Source: Kondoa subrosea | Lineage: Eukaryota | Direction: 5' to 3' | DNA length: 64,000 nucleotides | Assembly (NCBI GenBank): GCA_039545335.1 | Contig: BCIN01000004.1 | Span: 1,416,925-1,480,924, forward strand | Part shown: piece after piece, positions 47,647 to 60,809 of the stretch | How the letters are laid out: every line of letters starts with the position of its first letter | Position numbering within the stretch: position 1 is the stretch's first letter | Translations under genes and position numbers: made by a program | The notes under the pieces: generated by a model | What the model saw: the letters and a program-made list of their open reading frames with translations, nothing else | The model's database searches: none | What the model was told of the DNA's origin: nothing

Positions 47647-50333
47647 TTAGAAAGAGATGCACCGCTGCTCATTGTCAGCAATGTGCGGGCATGCAGACCT
47701 GAGACTTACGCAGCCGTAAAAAGACGAGACATTGTAGTGTTTTGGAACAGTCATGAAAACAAGACTCTTTAGGCTCGGTTAATATTTATGCTTAACCTCT
47801 GAATGCGATGACGAACCAAAGGTAGTCCGAGCTTGGTAGCCAAAGCTTGAACAGTGACTGGCTTGAATTCTGCCCGAATGAGACATAAGTCGATAGTGAT
47901 CTGAGCAAAGCAAAGCAAAGGTCAGACTGGATTTAAGGGCCGGTGAGAATCGTACTTCGCTATAAGCTTCATCAAGAACTACGAGCGCAATCAGCTGCTG
48001 CGCACCCACAACGTTAGAGAGCACCCACTCCTAATATTGTCATGTAGGTCTACTGGCACTTCTGACTCGCTCAGGTAGAGATGACAGCACTTTATCGACG
48101 AGGTGTGCTCGTTGTCGCAGATGTATCTGATCAGCTGAAGAAGATGTTGCAGTTCCGAATGCTTGACCAGAACAGCAATTGGCTGCTTCCGATACAGCAT
48201 GACTTTGTCATTGATCCAAGTATCGAATCTAGTAATACTGAGTTGATCGAACAGCCAAAGAGCTGAGTTGAGAAAGCGAATCTTGTCATGCATTATTAGA
48301 AGCACAACGGATATGCCTCCAATGTACGCAGTTGCGAGCTATGGACAGGCATGAGATACATATAGTAAATTGCGACAGATGAACTGAAGCCTACCCCAAG
48401 TGTAAGCGGATCTAGTATGATCTGAAGAAGAAGAGTCAATCCTGAAATCAGAGAGCTAAATGACGAAACAATACATTGCCGAGGATCAACACCGCCATGA
48501 TTGCTATTAAGCCAAAGATGTTGAAAAGACTTGCTCGGCTTGTTCGCTGCAGTCGATTGCGATTATATCGGAGCGCCAGCAGAGCTAATGGATAGAGCAG
48601 TAATACTCCGAGGAAAGTGACAGTGAAAGCGCGAGACAGTGTTTGTAGATCAGCAGCACAACTAGCATAGAAGATTGCACAGATGGCTGCAAATGCAAGA
48701 GTCGATAGCCAGTAAGCGCCAGTCATCTTCATACGACGGAGGAACAGGGGTGGTAGAACGCGATCTTCAGTCAGCCGGATGAAGAGCAAAGATGAGCTGA
48801 CAATGCCTATCCAAAATATCAGCATCAATGCCAGAAATGGAAGAAGACTGACCAGTCAGAATGCCGCCTGAAAGGACAATGCATGCGTCCACGACTAAGA
48901 CAACCCTCAACCATTTACCTGCGACCTGTTGAGCCAGTAAGCTCAATACATTCCCGTTGCCACGAATGTGCTCTTCTTGTAGGCAGGCGAACATCAATAG
49001 GCACAGCTAAACGCTCACATTAGCGCTTGCTGTCAAAAAAACCAGAGTACTCACTGGCGCGTTCAGAATCAGAGCATTAACAGACAAATTGCGCAAGACT
49101 TTTGGAAAGACGCCAGGAAGACAGCTCGGCACGCCTGCTGGCGAACATTCGAAACCACAAAGTCCCAAGAAGCCAACAGCAATGCCAAAGACTGAAGTTG
49201 TATTAGTGGCATGCGCAGAAGTGCCAGCGGAACTCACAAATTTGCTTGCCAATTTCGGAAGTGCTTGTTTCGCGAGTAGACCATGACTCAGCAATGATAT
49301 TGTTGCCATGCCTTGCCCAGAAGATAATGGAGAAGATTGCGATTACCAGCATTGTGAGCATCTAGGAAGTCTCTTAAGTTTGATAAGTCACCGCCTCATC
49401 AAATAGCTCACATGGAAAGCATATATGCCCGTTGCGACTGTCGCTGATTCCTTCAGGCCGAGTAGAGAGATCGCCACGAACAGTGCAATCATAATGACCG
49501 TCAGAAGAAATGTAGGAAATGGGAGATGATCGACTTCGCCATGTATGTAAGCAGCAGCTGTTGCAGCCGAAACAACACTTGTTGCCACGTAGTCGAATAG
49601 CATGACAGATGCAACTATCAAGGCGAAGACTTTTGTAGAAGCTTGAAGCAGGTACGTGTATGCTGCTCCAGCGAGAGAGAAGGCAGAGGCCAGTTCTTTC
49701 AAGACAGGGTTGAAGAGGAAGAGAATCAGGCTGGCGATGAGAAGACAGATTGGACTGTAGATTCCAGCGACAGTAACCAGGACAGGAAAAGTGTAGAAGA
49801 CCGAGCCTAAAGACGGAAAGGATGGTCAGCAATTTAATTGCAATGAGATTGCATATTAGTACACGCGCACCCGTAACATCGTTGGCGAACAGTGCGCTTG
49901 CTCGCCAACTCCCTATTCATATATTAGATTCGCACTGGTAACAGGTCATTTAAAAGTACCCAGACAAGATTCGGCTTTGTATTCATCCAGAGTCTTTGCT
50001 GCTGTTTCGAGTTCTTCGGTCTCGATCTCAACATGACTAGTTGAACCATAAGGCGCCTACAGAGAAGGCATGATCAGGATTGCACAAAGACACGCAGAGG
50101 TTCAACTCTACAAATCGAGACGCATTTTGAGAAAAGGGCAATCTTGCAGGCGCAATGGAGCTCTTGGTCCCATGAGATGCTCGGCGATGAAGTCCTTTAT
50201 CTGACCAAGCAGAGGCACCCGATCTTGTCGCAGATAGTGGGCTTAGCAGGGTTGGCACAATCTGGTCTACGTCCGCTGAACTGGCTCTTGATGCCATTCG
50301 ATCCAGCTCGAAAGTGTTCGGAGAGAGCGACAT
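47647..50333 (-). CDS. APC-superfamily amino acid/polyamine transporter with a C-terminal soluble domain
   Basis: ASALFANDVTG, ELASAFSLAGAAYTYL, DYVATSVVSAATA, GFLGLCGFECS, LVVDACIVLSGGILT, DRVLPPLFL. Confidence 0.88.
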
Positions 50334-50589
50334 TGTGAAGATCTCAAGCCAGAGTTTTCATTAGAGGTAAGCCTGAGATGTAGCGATTCTACGTAAAACA
50401 AACACAAAGCGAATCTGGTATACTCAGCGCGATGCGCCGCGCAATTACGCGCAATACGCGGTATAGAAATATGCTCTGGTATCGACAGTCTAGATATCGA
50501 AGTCGTAGGCAGAGAATGAATCGCTCATTTTCTTATTTTTACACTAGTCATTGAAATTGAGATCAAGACTGAGATCCGTAAGCACATAA

Positions 50590-52680
50590 TTAAGTTCCTT
50601 CTGCTCTATCTGGTCCCAACCCAGCACCCAACCATTGCGGATCAGCCAAAGTATTCGTACTCGCAGAAAGTAGCTCTTGATTAGCAGCGAGCCAATTGGG
50701 ATCTTCCCAGGGCGGTAACGCGCCATCTTGCAAGGCTTGTGCACCTTCCGCTTGTACAGGTGCAAAGAGTGAAGCGAAATCAGGTTGTGTTTGTTCTTGT
50801 CCGATAGGATGTTCGTTTGAAAGTCCATTCGGCCAAGCTTCTCCTCCTGGCAATTCGTTGAAGATTCCCTCTATTGCTTGTCCAGCTTGACCAAAACCAT
50901 TCACACTTGATCCTAGATCCATCGCGAAATCCCCTTGTTGAAGTTGAGATTGCTGTTGAAGTTGTTCACCAGATTGCATGATCTGATCCATAGGTTGATC
51001 CCCATTAGGTTGAATCTGCTCCTTCTGCGCTTCTTGACCTTCCTGCCTCCCAACCTCTTCATCACCTTCAAGCTTAGATACTTTCGCAACAATTCCATCA
51101 GGTAACTTTTCTTCCCTCCAATCCGCAGCACGAGCATTATAACCAGGTTGTACTTTCCTAGCTTGCTGAACTTGTTGAATATTAGTCGGATCAAATTTAG
51201 TTTCTTCTACTGCTAAAGCATAAGGCCAACTTTCTCCATTTGGTCCTAGAGGAGCAGGTTGACCCATTCTAGTTGTTCGATTGAATAATCTTGGGGAAGT
51301 AAGTTTCGTTAAAGGTCTAGTAAGGGAAGTAAAAATGGTTGAAGTTCTACCGTGTGGAATTGGAATCAAGGCTTCTGCTCCTCGAATAGGGAAAGATAAA
51401 GGTTCGATCAAAGAAGTTTTCAGGTCGAAAGGATGGAAAATTGGATCGGGATCTGTTGGCGCAAGTCGAAGTGGATAAGGTAACCATCCTGGTGTTTTGC
51501 GTTGGTAAGTAGGTCGAGTTGGACGAATGTTGCCAAACAGCGAATCCACACCAGTATAAGTCATTTGTGACAGGTAGGTAGCTGCTTTCTTGCCTTTTGC
51601 TGTTCTCAAAGGTTGAGCGGGAGGTTGTTGCTTTTCTGCCAATTCGCGATAAGCTTGATAGTAAGATGGAAGAGAAGTTTTCTTGGTCTTGATCTTTGGT
51701 GAAGAGGGAGGCGAAAGACCAGGCAGATTAGCTGATGAGTAGCCTGCTGAGATAGCCTCTGCTATACTTGATCGATCGTAAGGGATTTCATGTCGCCAAG
51801 GGTCAACATGAGCGCCAGTAAGATGTGCCGTGAGATCCGGACGGTGCAATGGATCGGCTTGCGCTCTTTTTGATAGGCCGAGAGGATTTGGCCGTCTTGA
51901 TGTAGCTTCTGGCATTCGATGCGTTCGTGCTTTTTCATATCCAGGCAGAGGCGGCAAGAAGGAAGGAATGTGATCTGGAATCTCTTCTATAGACTGCCAG
52001 AGCGATTCTGGCCTGGAATCTTCCTCTTCTGCATCTGACTCCTCCACCTCAATCACTATAGGTTGTTCCGTCTGTTCTATTGGTTTAGCAACTTTCTGAT
52101 CAACATCCATGGCATCTTCTTCCGAGTCTGAGTTTTGAGAAAGAGGCGAAGAAGGAACCTTGACGGGTGGTGTGGAAAGTTTGGAAGTAGAGGCTTCTGC
52201 TATTTCAGCTTGCAGAGCTTCCAGCTCTTCTGCTGTCTTGAGTCGGTAAGAGTACAGATTCGCCGGTCTGAGTTCAGCAGGTGCTACAACAGCCAGTTAG
52301 CTGAGCAAGGTCGCAGCGCAGCTCTTCATACACATACCTTGAATTTGTTTTGCCATTTCGCTCAACTCTTGCGCACCTTCGCCATCGGTGAGCACAGTAC
52401 TCTTCTTTACCTCATACAGCCAGTCTTGTATTGTATCACCGTCCACTCCCATCTGATGTAGAGAACTGATCACATCTGGCATATTGCAATGCGTTCTGCC
52501 GCTGGACTCCGCGTGTTGCTTGGCTTGCGTTCCAATCAACTGTACATAGCGAGCCAGAATCTCTGCCAGGATCCGAACAGGGAGACCTCTAGCTGTGGTG
52601 AAATTGGCATGCTCTTGCAAAGTAATCACTCGCAGCACAGTCAACAGCAGCAAATGCGAGGGTAGATCTTCTAAGCCCAT
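50590..52680 (-). CDS. Bromodomain-associated (BTP) histone-fold protein, TAF8/TAF3-like TFIID subunit
   Basis: ILAEILARYVQLIG..AKQHAESSGRT..DVISSL (BTP fold); IPDHIPSFLPPLP (TAF8-like motif). Confidence 0.75.
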
Positions 52681-52801
52681 GACTACCGGTAGCTAGCAAG
52701 TCTGGAGTATCTGTCTGTTCGTGTGTGCCAAATCGCGATAATGCGGTTTCAAGACAAGAATTGCAATTTTACTCTGAGGGAGCTCTTCTCATCGCCCGGC
52801 C

Positions 52802-55800
52802 ATGAGCACTCTTGCTCAACAGCTGAAAGGCATACAGGCCTCTAATACCCAGGAGCTCAATACCAAGCGCAGAGTGTCATACCTCTTCACGCCTCGACAA
52901 GCAGCTACACTCTCTCGTGATGAAGTTTTCGGTTTGGGTCAGAATGGCTTTCAATCGCTGCTGCAGATAGAGCCTCGTCTGGATCGCTTCGAAGATGTGT
53001 TTTTCTCTGAAAAAGCAAAGCAAACCGATCGTACATTGCTCCCGAAGGAAGACAACGAAAAATTGGACCAATCTATTGCTGCTTGTTTGCAGCTGCTGGG
53101 TCCTAATGTTCTCATTCGACCTTGTGGTCAGCTTCTGGAATGGCTTATTCGCCAGTTTCGTATACATGAGTTCAACGTCAAAGACATTCTTGTTCTTATG
53201 CTACCTTTTCACGAAACACCTCAATTCGCTCAGATGCTACAGATCTTAGATCTCAAGTATGTTTCTTCTCGTTGAGTATCAATGTCTACTTCTTATATAT
53301 CACGATTTCCAGACCCAATACGACTTTCGCTCCGTTCATTTCAGTCAAATCCTCTGTCCAGCCTTTACCTAGACATACCTTGGTAGCAAGCATGGGCAAA
53401 TCACCTGATCTTCTTCGCTTTGTCATCTCAATTCTTGTTCTGGCATTAAACGACCGAACCATTCATCGCACTTTGATTTCCTTTTGGATGGCTACCCTTC
53501 TTTCTTACCTTGACCTTCGTACTACAGTGACGCAAGATGAGATGGCTATCTTCCTACCAGCGCTCTTTACTGGTATTCGGGCTCGATCTCAGCCAGAAGC
53601 TCAATTAGCTTGTTACGTCGTTCTGGCTTCTTTAGCTACCAAAGCTTCTTTAGCTACCGACGCCATCGAATCCATCATCTCTCTTATTGCAACGCATAGA
53701 AACAAAGATGGAAAGAATGACGAACCTGCTTTAACTACAGTTATTACTATCATTCAAGCACAAGATGAATTAACCGTTTTACCTGAAAAGACTACTTTGA
53801 AACTTTTGGAACGCCCTAATTTCATTCAAGTCGGTTTGAACTTAGCTCAATTTCATGAAATGAGATTGTTTTTGAACCCGTTGTGTAAATCTTTGGTACA
53901 ACATTACAAGAACGCAGAAATGTCAAATTGCGTAGAAAGCTTTTCACAACCTGGTACACCTAAGCAAGTGGTGGAATGTCTGACAAGAGCGGTGTTTGAG
54001 CAATTGTTGGTCAAAAGAGAAGATGGGTTGATAGGTGTATTAGCTCGGATGAGGCAATTCGCTCCGGAAGCTTTAGAGGCCGTCGTTAAAGGTAGAGAAG
54101 ATGTGAAGGATGTGCAGGATCTGCTAGCAGAAATCATGGCTGTCAGTCTGCTTCTTGGGTGACAGGAAACGAATGCTCACGTCCATATAGTACGGATCTG
54201 GAAGTCAGATGCAACTTGGGGTCAAAAGTGCCGATCAAGCTGTACGAATCACTTCTTTACGACAAGCTCTTGATTCGAAAGGCAATGTCTCGGTCAAAGA
54301 AGCCAGTCAGATTCTGTTAAACGATGATACGCCTGAAGTCGCTTCCCTTCTTGCTGAATATTCTACAACCATTGCCGAAGCTCTGCCGGCCGAAGATATT
54401 CTCTCTGCTAGCACAACTCAATTGTCTTCCGAAACTACTTCTCGAGCAACTATAGGATATCATGTCAAATTCCTTTCAGGATCTTTTTTATCAAAACACA
54501 CTTCCTCAGCCAAAGAAGTACTTCAACTCATTTGGCCTCGTCTTCTGTTCACTAAATCGGGAAAAAAGGCCACTCAGATAGTTTGGGAGAATCTTGCCGG
54601 ATCCACCTTGCTCACCCAGGGCGCATTGAAAGGATGTGGTGCTTTTGATGAAAAAGATGCTGTGAAGTTCAACCGATCGTTAAGCAAACAAATTGCTCAA
54701 AATGCTCAAGCCGAAGATATTGCGATGATGACAGCGAATTTGAAAGCTTCCGAAGCTCCTTCTGCCAAATTGCTCTCTGCTTTGGTTATTATGGGGATGT
54801 TGCCTTTGGGAAAGGTAGAACAGAAGGCTATGCAGCAGCTTGAATGGGATTGGAAAGTGATTGGTGCTCAGGCTCCTCCAGCAATCAAATTGTTTGAAGA
54901 AAAGGTATGTACATACATGAGATGTTTGGATGCGATGTTGATATTTTTCCTTGGTTTAGGATGTCTCGAATGAAGTTCTCTCTTCCGTTGTCAGCAAATC
55001 GAAATCAGCCAGAGTTTGGCAATCTGTTCAAGCTTGTCTTGCTATTCGATATGCTGCTAGCATAAATCCTACCGCTTCTTGGTCATGGCTTCAAACGGAC
55101 AAGAATCTCTCCAACGGTACTCGCTCTTATCAAGTTGCGGTGAAAGACCTGTACATCGCGGCTCATACCACCCCTTCAGCCGAGGTCGCTACATCTCTCT
55201 TGACTGCCCTATTTGGTAAAGTGCTCAAAGAAGAACTACTTGCCTTCTTAGCGAGTCTTTGGTCATCCGAGAATCAGGACGTAGCCATCTTGGGGTTGAC
55301 AGACGCTCGAGATGTCATACTTGTTCGACAGAAGCAGTCATTTGACCTGCAAATGCTCCTCCCTCTACTATATGGACCTTTGCAACATTCACATCGTCAG
55401 ATCAGAAGCGCTGCAGTGGGTGTGCTTGAAGCAATCGGGAAAGCCAAAACCTCCGATTCGATTCCTCAGCCTTTCGCGGATCTTTACGGAAAGGATACCA
55501 CAGGTCAGGAAAGTTGCTGTCCAGCTACGCTTGACCCTGAAACCGTTTTTGATAGCCTCCGTCCTATACCTATCAGCTAAAGATTGCCAAGATTGGTTAA
55601 ATGTTCTCTTGTCTGCTCAGCAAGAAATCATAGTGGATGCAACCAGCTTGCCGAGAATTGTCTCCGCTGCTGGTGGTTTAAAGAAGTCGCACGCTAAGCT
55701 TCGGCGCGCGGCATTCTCGGTTGCTATTTCGCATTCTTTCGCCGGTCGAAATACACGATTCTGTCTATCAAGTCTACAAACATTTGAGCATGTCGATGAG

Positions 55801-58800
55801 AAGCAACGGCTATCGCTGACTTTACCACTCTGGTCAAAGCTGGTCGCTTCCCCTTCGATATTGGAAGCATTGTCCGAGTCAGAAATTGGGCAATATACCG
55901 ATTTACTCTTGCCAGCCTTTACGGACATGGGCAAAGTTCCGTTGGATTCATCCTCAGATGGACCTTTGGCTCAATTTTTGGCTGCTCTGAAGCCTTCGGA
56001 GTCTCGCTGTTTGTCCCTATCTTTCCTACGAATCTTTGCACATCTGATGCAACAATTTTTTTTCCAAAAGATCTCTTGATAGTTCGCAAGAAAACTCTCA
56101 ATTACTTGAAGGACCATCTTTATGCCAACTTACCTGGCGACTATCAGCTGCGATTGATCACCGTTTTGCTTGAAAATGCATCGACCGAGGCATGTTGATC
56201 TAAATCACTTATAATTCGCAACTCCTGATGCACATGATAGAGTGGCGCTGAACCTCTACTTCGCTCTTGTATTGGTAGTGTAGTCCATGATACGCAAGTA
56301 TTGATAACCATTTTAAGCAATATTCGCGTGAAACTTTTGGCTGGCCAAACAGAAAACCGTCAAGCTAAACGAAGCAAGTCAACAGTGACCAGGTCCGTCA
56401 AAGAGACCTTTGTCTTCTGCTTGCTAAAATATGTTAGCAGCAGCAAAGCTACAGATATTGCTTTGCGACGCCTTGTGATCCTGTTGGAAAGCGCCGACCT
56501 CTCCCGCACTCTCACTGATACGCAGCTATTGAACATATGCTTCGACCTTGCCTCAGCACTTGTAGACTTGCACAGTGCTGCTGATGTCGAGGTCGAATAT
56601 GCCTGCCAGCTACTTATCTCTAGCATGTTACAGCTCATGCCTCGCTTGAAGGTGAGATCAAGTTCTCTAAAGAATCTCACAGCTGCTGACCGCGTTCAAG
56701 ACAACGTCCGCTTCGGAAAAAATGAACATGAAATCGATCTTGGATGTGATCCGCAGTACGCAGATGCTGCTTTCTTGGTCTGCAGCGCTCATGGTATTCT
56801 CTACTAGTCTCTACCAATCCGCAAACAGCCCAGAAAGCATTGCTTCTGGTAGCTCAATTGGCACAACATATGCCAGATCTAGTTCTGCAGCACGTCGTGC
56901 CTATCTTCACTTTCATGGGGACCAATATCATGCAGAAAGATGACGCGTACAGCAATCGAATTGTGAACAGCGTAAGCTTGACTCGCGTTGATCAGAATTC
57001 GAAAGCATCGTCTAATACCAACACAGGTCATGGAGAATATTCTGCCAGTCCTGCTTGAGCCGATAAGATCTCAAGCATCCTCTCGGATAGAGCTGGTCGC
57101 TGGTAAATGTTTCACTCTTACCTTTGTTATGTTTGGCTTACATGAAGCAGGTCTTTCTGAGGTTTTAAGAACGTTCACCGATGCCGCTACGCATGTACCA
57201 AGGCATAGACAGACGAGGTATGCACCTCTTCTTCTTTGATGACGAGTACAAAATAACGGACCTCATCCATAGTCTGTACTCTCACTTCATTTCGCTTTTA
57301 GGGCCGGAACAATTCCTCTCTCCGGTCCTCAGTCTATTGCTCGATCAACGTGGTAGCAAACTACAGAAAACAGAAACGTTAAAGGACAAGGAGACTTTTG
57401 GACTACCTATGCGATTGTTAGAGTCCTTCAATCCGTCCATCAAATTGCTAGTGAGCTCGCCAGTGCGTTCATATTGTACTATGCTAAAATAGATTAGGCG
57501 CTTGAACAACTCGTGGACGACCTGCTGAAGATGGCCAAAGACTTGAACACTGACACGGTTCGCTTGGATCCCATCCTCAGGTGAGTCGCAATCTCCGATA
57601 TACGACCAATAGTCAAATGCGTTTTCAGTTCTCGATCTGGCTCGGAAGATAGCCAAAGAAGACCGCCACGACAATTGCTCTATACTGGTGCCTTTGTCAG
57701 CGCAGCTTTAAATGACAAGTCCTTACAGAGCAAAATCGATTCATCACGGGCATCTGGCAATCAAGCGCTAGACGTTGGCGTTCAATCTATAGCCAAACAA
57801 GGACTACTTGTCATTGTCGAAATCGCAGATAAGGCTGGAATCACTGGTTCCCTACTCGCTGTGTGCCAAGGATTGGTTTCTAGCGCCGTCCGACTACTAT
57901 CACTGCAAGTCTTCGGGGAAGTGATAGTGTGGCTTGTATCTTCAATCGATAAAACGGTTCGCTCCTGTACTCTTCTGGAACACATGTCGGTGCTGATGAT
58001 GGCATGTAGGTGCTTCTCAGAGGCCTTTCCCTTTTGTCAGCAAGGGTTACCAAGACCGCCCCGGACCGGCGACAGCATCTCCTGACGGCCATCAACAACG
58101 CTCTACGACGTTTATCAGACGAAATTTCCGATCTTGCAAATTTTGCACCGAATCTCGCAGCACAGCTTCTGGAGCACCTCTCCACCATTGGAAGCAAAGC
58201 TTTGCCTGCGGAGCAAGGGGCTCTGGCACAGGCTTATACCGCTCTGCTAAAGTCGTCTGTGTTGCTTCTTGGCCAGCGGTCTAAGATCGCCGAACCAGCT
58301 CTGCGCACTCTCGCTAGCCTTACGTATGCCTTTTCAGCCATATTCTTGCCCGCTTGACTCATGCTCTCTTCCTACAGACCATCTATGGGTACAAGACTGA
58401 TTCCATCCCTCAAGGCGGCAATCGCAATTGCGACAACAGCTGTGCAAACAGGTCAGTACAATTGCAGGTCATGGTGTATCTGCTGACTGGTCTCTTCAGC
58501 TGACAATGATCTCGCCAACACTGGCTGGCGTTTACTGACAGCTCTTGTCCAAGCTCTGCCGACCTTTGTCGCTCCACATGCTGAAAGTCTGCTAGATTTA
58601 CTGTTCAGCAGTGTTGTGGGAGACACCGAGCATGTATCTCTGTTTTGCAAAACTTTCGCTGGCTCTGTTCCGGCTAAAATCCTGTATCCTGCTATTGGGA
58701 AGATTTGGTTCACTAAAGGCCGTTCTTCATCAAACGTCAGTCCATCACTTCTTTGTCTATCTGGCAGCGCTCATTTTATCCAAATCAGGACGCATCCACT

Positions 58801-59913
58801 GTTCTGGAACTCCTCAGAACTGCTGTCAGTTCTGCAGCAGCCTCTGATATTGCAAGTATACACAAATCAGCTTTCAAACTGCTTCTTGAAGCATTCGATA
58901 TGGCGTATACGGTATCAGCCTCGGAAGCGAAAGATGTGTGTACATTTGCGGCTCAACCTACATTCAGCTCATGAGATCATCACAGCTCTTGCGCAAGGCT
59001 CAGCTCGTCTACATCGACCTGGTATTGAAGCTAAACGAAGCCGCCTTTAAGCCTGCTTTCCTCAAAACTGTTGACTGGGCTTTCGTAGAGTCCGAAGAGG
59101 TGCAAGGTTCGTGCGGTATAAGCAGCTGACTGCAGATGCTCACCAGGTTACAGGGAAACTCCGTCTATGGCGCTTTAAAAGCTTCTTTGGTCTCACCATC
59201 CAGCTTGTGGCCCAATTGAAAGTGCGTTATAGGCATTTGCACGATCATTGCGCTAATGACAGCCGCAGGACCTCATTCTGCCTTACCTATCTTCGGTTGT
59301 GGATCATATTACGACTACCCTTGAAGGTCTGGCGTTGGGCAAACTGAACGATGATGTCCTTTGGACAACCTTACTGCATACCTTGTCAACTTTGATGGTC
59401 AACGACTCGCAAGGTCAGTGTTTCACTTGACGCGTGACGTGATCTGATATCATCTTTAGGTTTCTGGACAATGAATCGCCTACGGAAAGTCATCGAACCG
59501 CTTGCCAATCAACTCGATCGAGCGACTAATTCCACAACCGAATTCTTTGCATTGACATATAGACCGCTCCTCTGTGAATTTGGTCTCAAATGTGCTGAGC
59601 ACGAAGCACTATTGCAGTCCTTTAATGCAGCACTTCTGGCGAAAACTCGAACTGAAGTGATCGCTGTAAAAGCAGAAGCTGTTCTCGCCGTTGAAGCTCT
59701 CTGGGCAACAGTTAATGAACCGCTTCTTCCTTTCGTGGCTCAAACTGTGCCGTTTGTTATTGAATGTTTGGAAGAACCTGAGATAGAATCTGCAACTCGC
59801 CGACTCGTCAAAACCATGGAAAGTAGGTGATCTGGACACCTGCATAATCTCTCGCTAAGCACTTTTCTGCAGCCTGTCTCGGGGAAGAAAGCTTGGATGC
59901 CTATTTGAGTTAG
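52802..59913 (+). CDS. UTP10: U3 snoRNA-associated HEAT-repeat protein Utp10 (many introns)
   Basis: MSTLAQQL..SYLFTPRQAA..LEWLIRQFRIHEFN..LPFHET; VVPIFTFMG; DAATHVPRHR; VLKLNEAAFKPAF..DWA (BP28CT region); TVPFVIECLE. Confidence 0.96.
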
Positions 59914-60809
59914 ATTTGGCAATGGTAAACCACCGTTGCATTGCATATGCTTCAAGGCTGATCTCTGACTGTTATAGGGCTATTCTATGTGCCGACCGTT
60001 TGAATGTTATGTACCGAGCTTTAGACTACTTGGCTATGCCGTGCCATGGATCCCAAGACAGTTTTCGCATCGTTTTTCATCATTTCCAAAGATACCTTTG
60101 TCCCCGGAGCCAGGCCTTTGCATACCTATGACAATAATAATACGCCAAACGAAGCCTGGAAGCTTGCCAGGGGGGATCTGCGCTTTGCAGAAATGTCGCT
60201 CAAGATCGGAATGGCGCGTGATCGAGAAAAGTCAAACTCAACGGATTTCCTTTTCCAGAATTGCCACGCTACTGAAAGCTAGATTACGCGCTGGACAGTC
60301 GCGTAAGGCGGCAGAGAGGCGGGTACTGGCTTCCCATCAGAAGTAGTTTTGCCCTATTGCGGCCAAGTTGCGAAAATTTCAATTCAAGCTGGGCCGTGCC
60401 TTCTACCTACAGCCTTTCATTCACGCTGTTTGCGGAAGGCTGAATAGCACCTGAATTTCAAGGTCCAAAAGGAACTCGGTCTTGTTCCTCTCAAGTATTC
60501 TCTTCAAGACCGGCCCTCAGCTTTCGACATTCATTCGACCTGACCTCAAGACTCATCTCAAGCTGCGCTCAATCGACTCTTCTCTCTTTTCAATTCATCC
60601 CTCGTTATTAGCAAATCCGACCCGAAAATCAAAGCATCAAGTAATCTTCCCGCCTATAATCATCAATAGTAAATCAACTCAAATAGTTCCACTCAGCACA
60701 GCAGGTTTGTCGTCTATCCTGAAGAGACATCGCCGCGCATTGTCTAATTTCGTATATAACCAGCTTAACGTCTTCCCGCTTGACACTCTTTCCCCCACAC
60801 ATTCTCAAC

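Noticed and set aside
59914..60809. ORFs upstream of ran1 as separate genes or regulatory uORFs
   Set aside because: No recognisable products, several non-ATG starts; conservation cannot be assessed from sequence alone.
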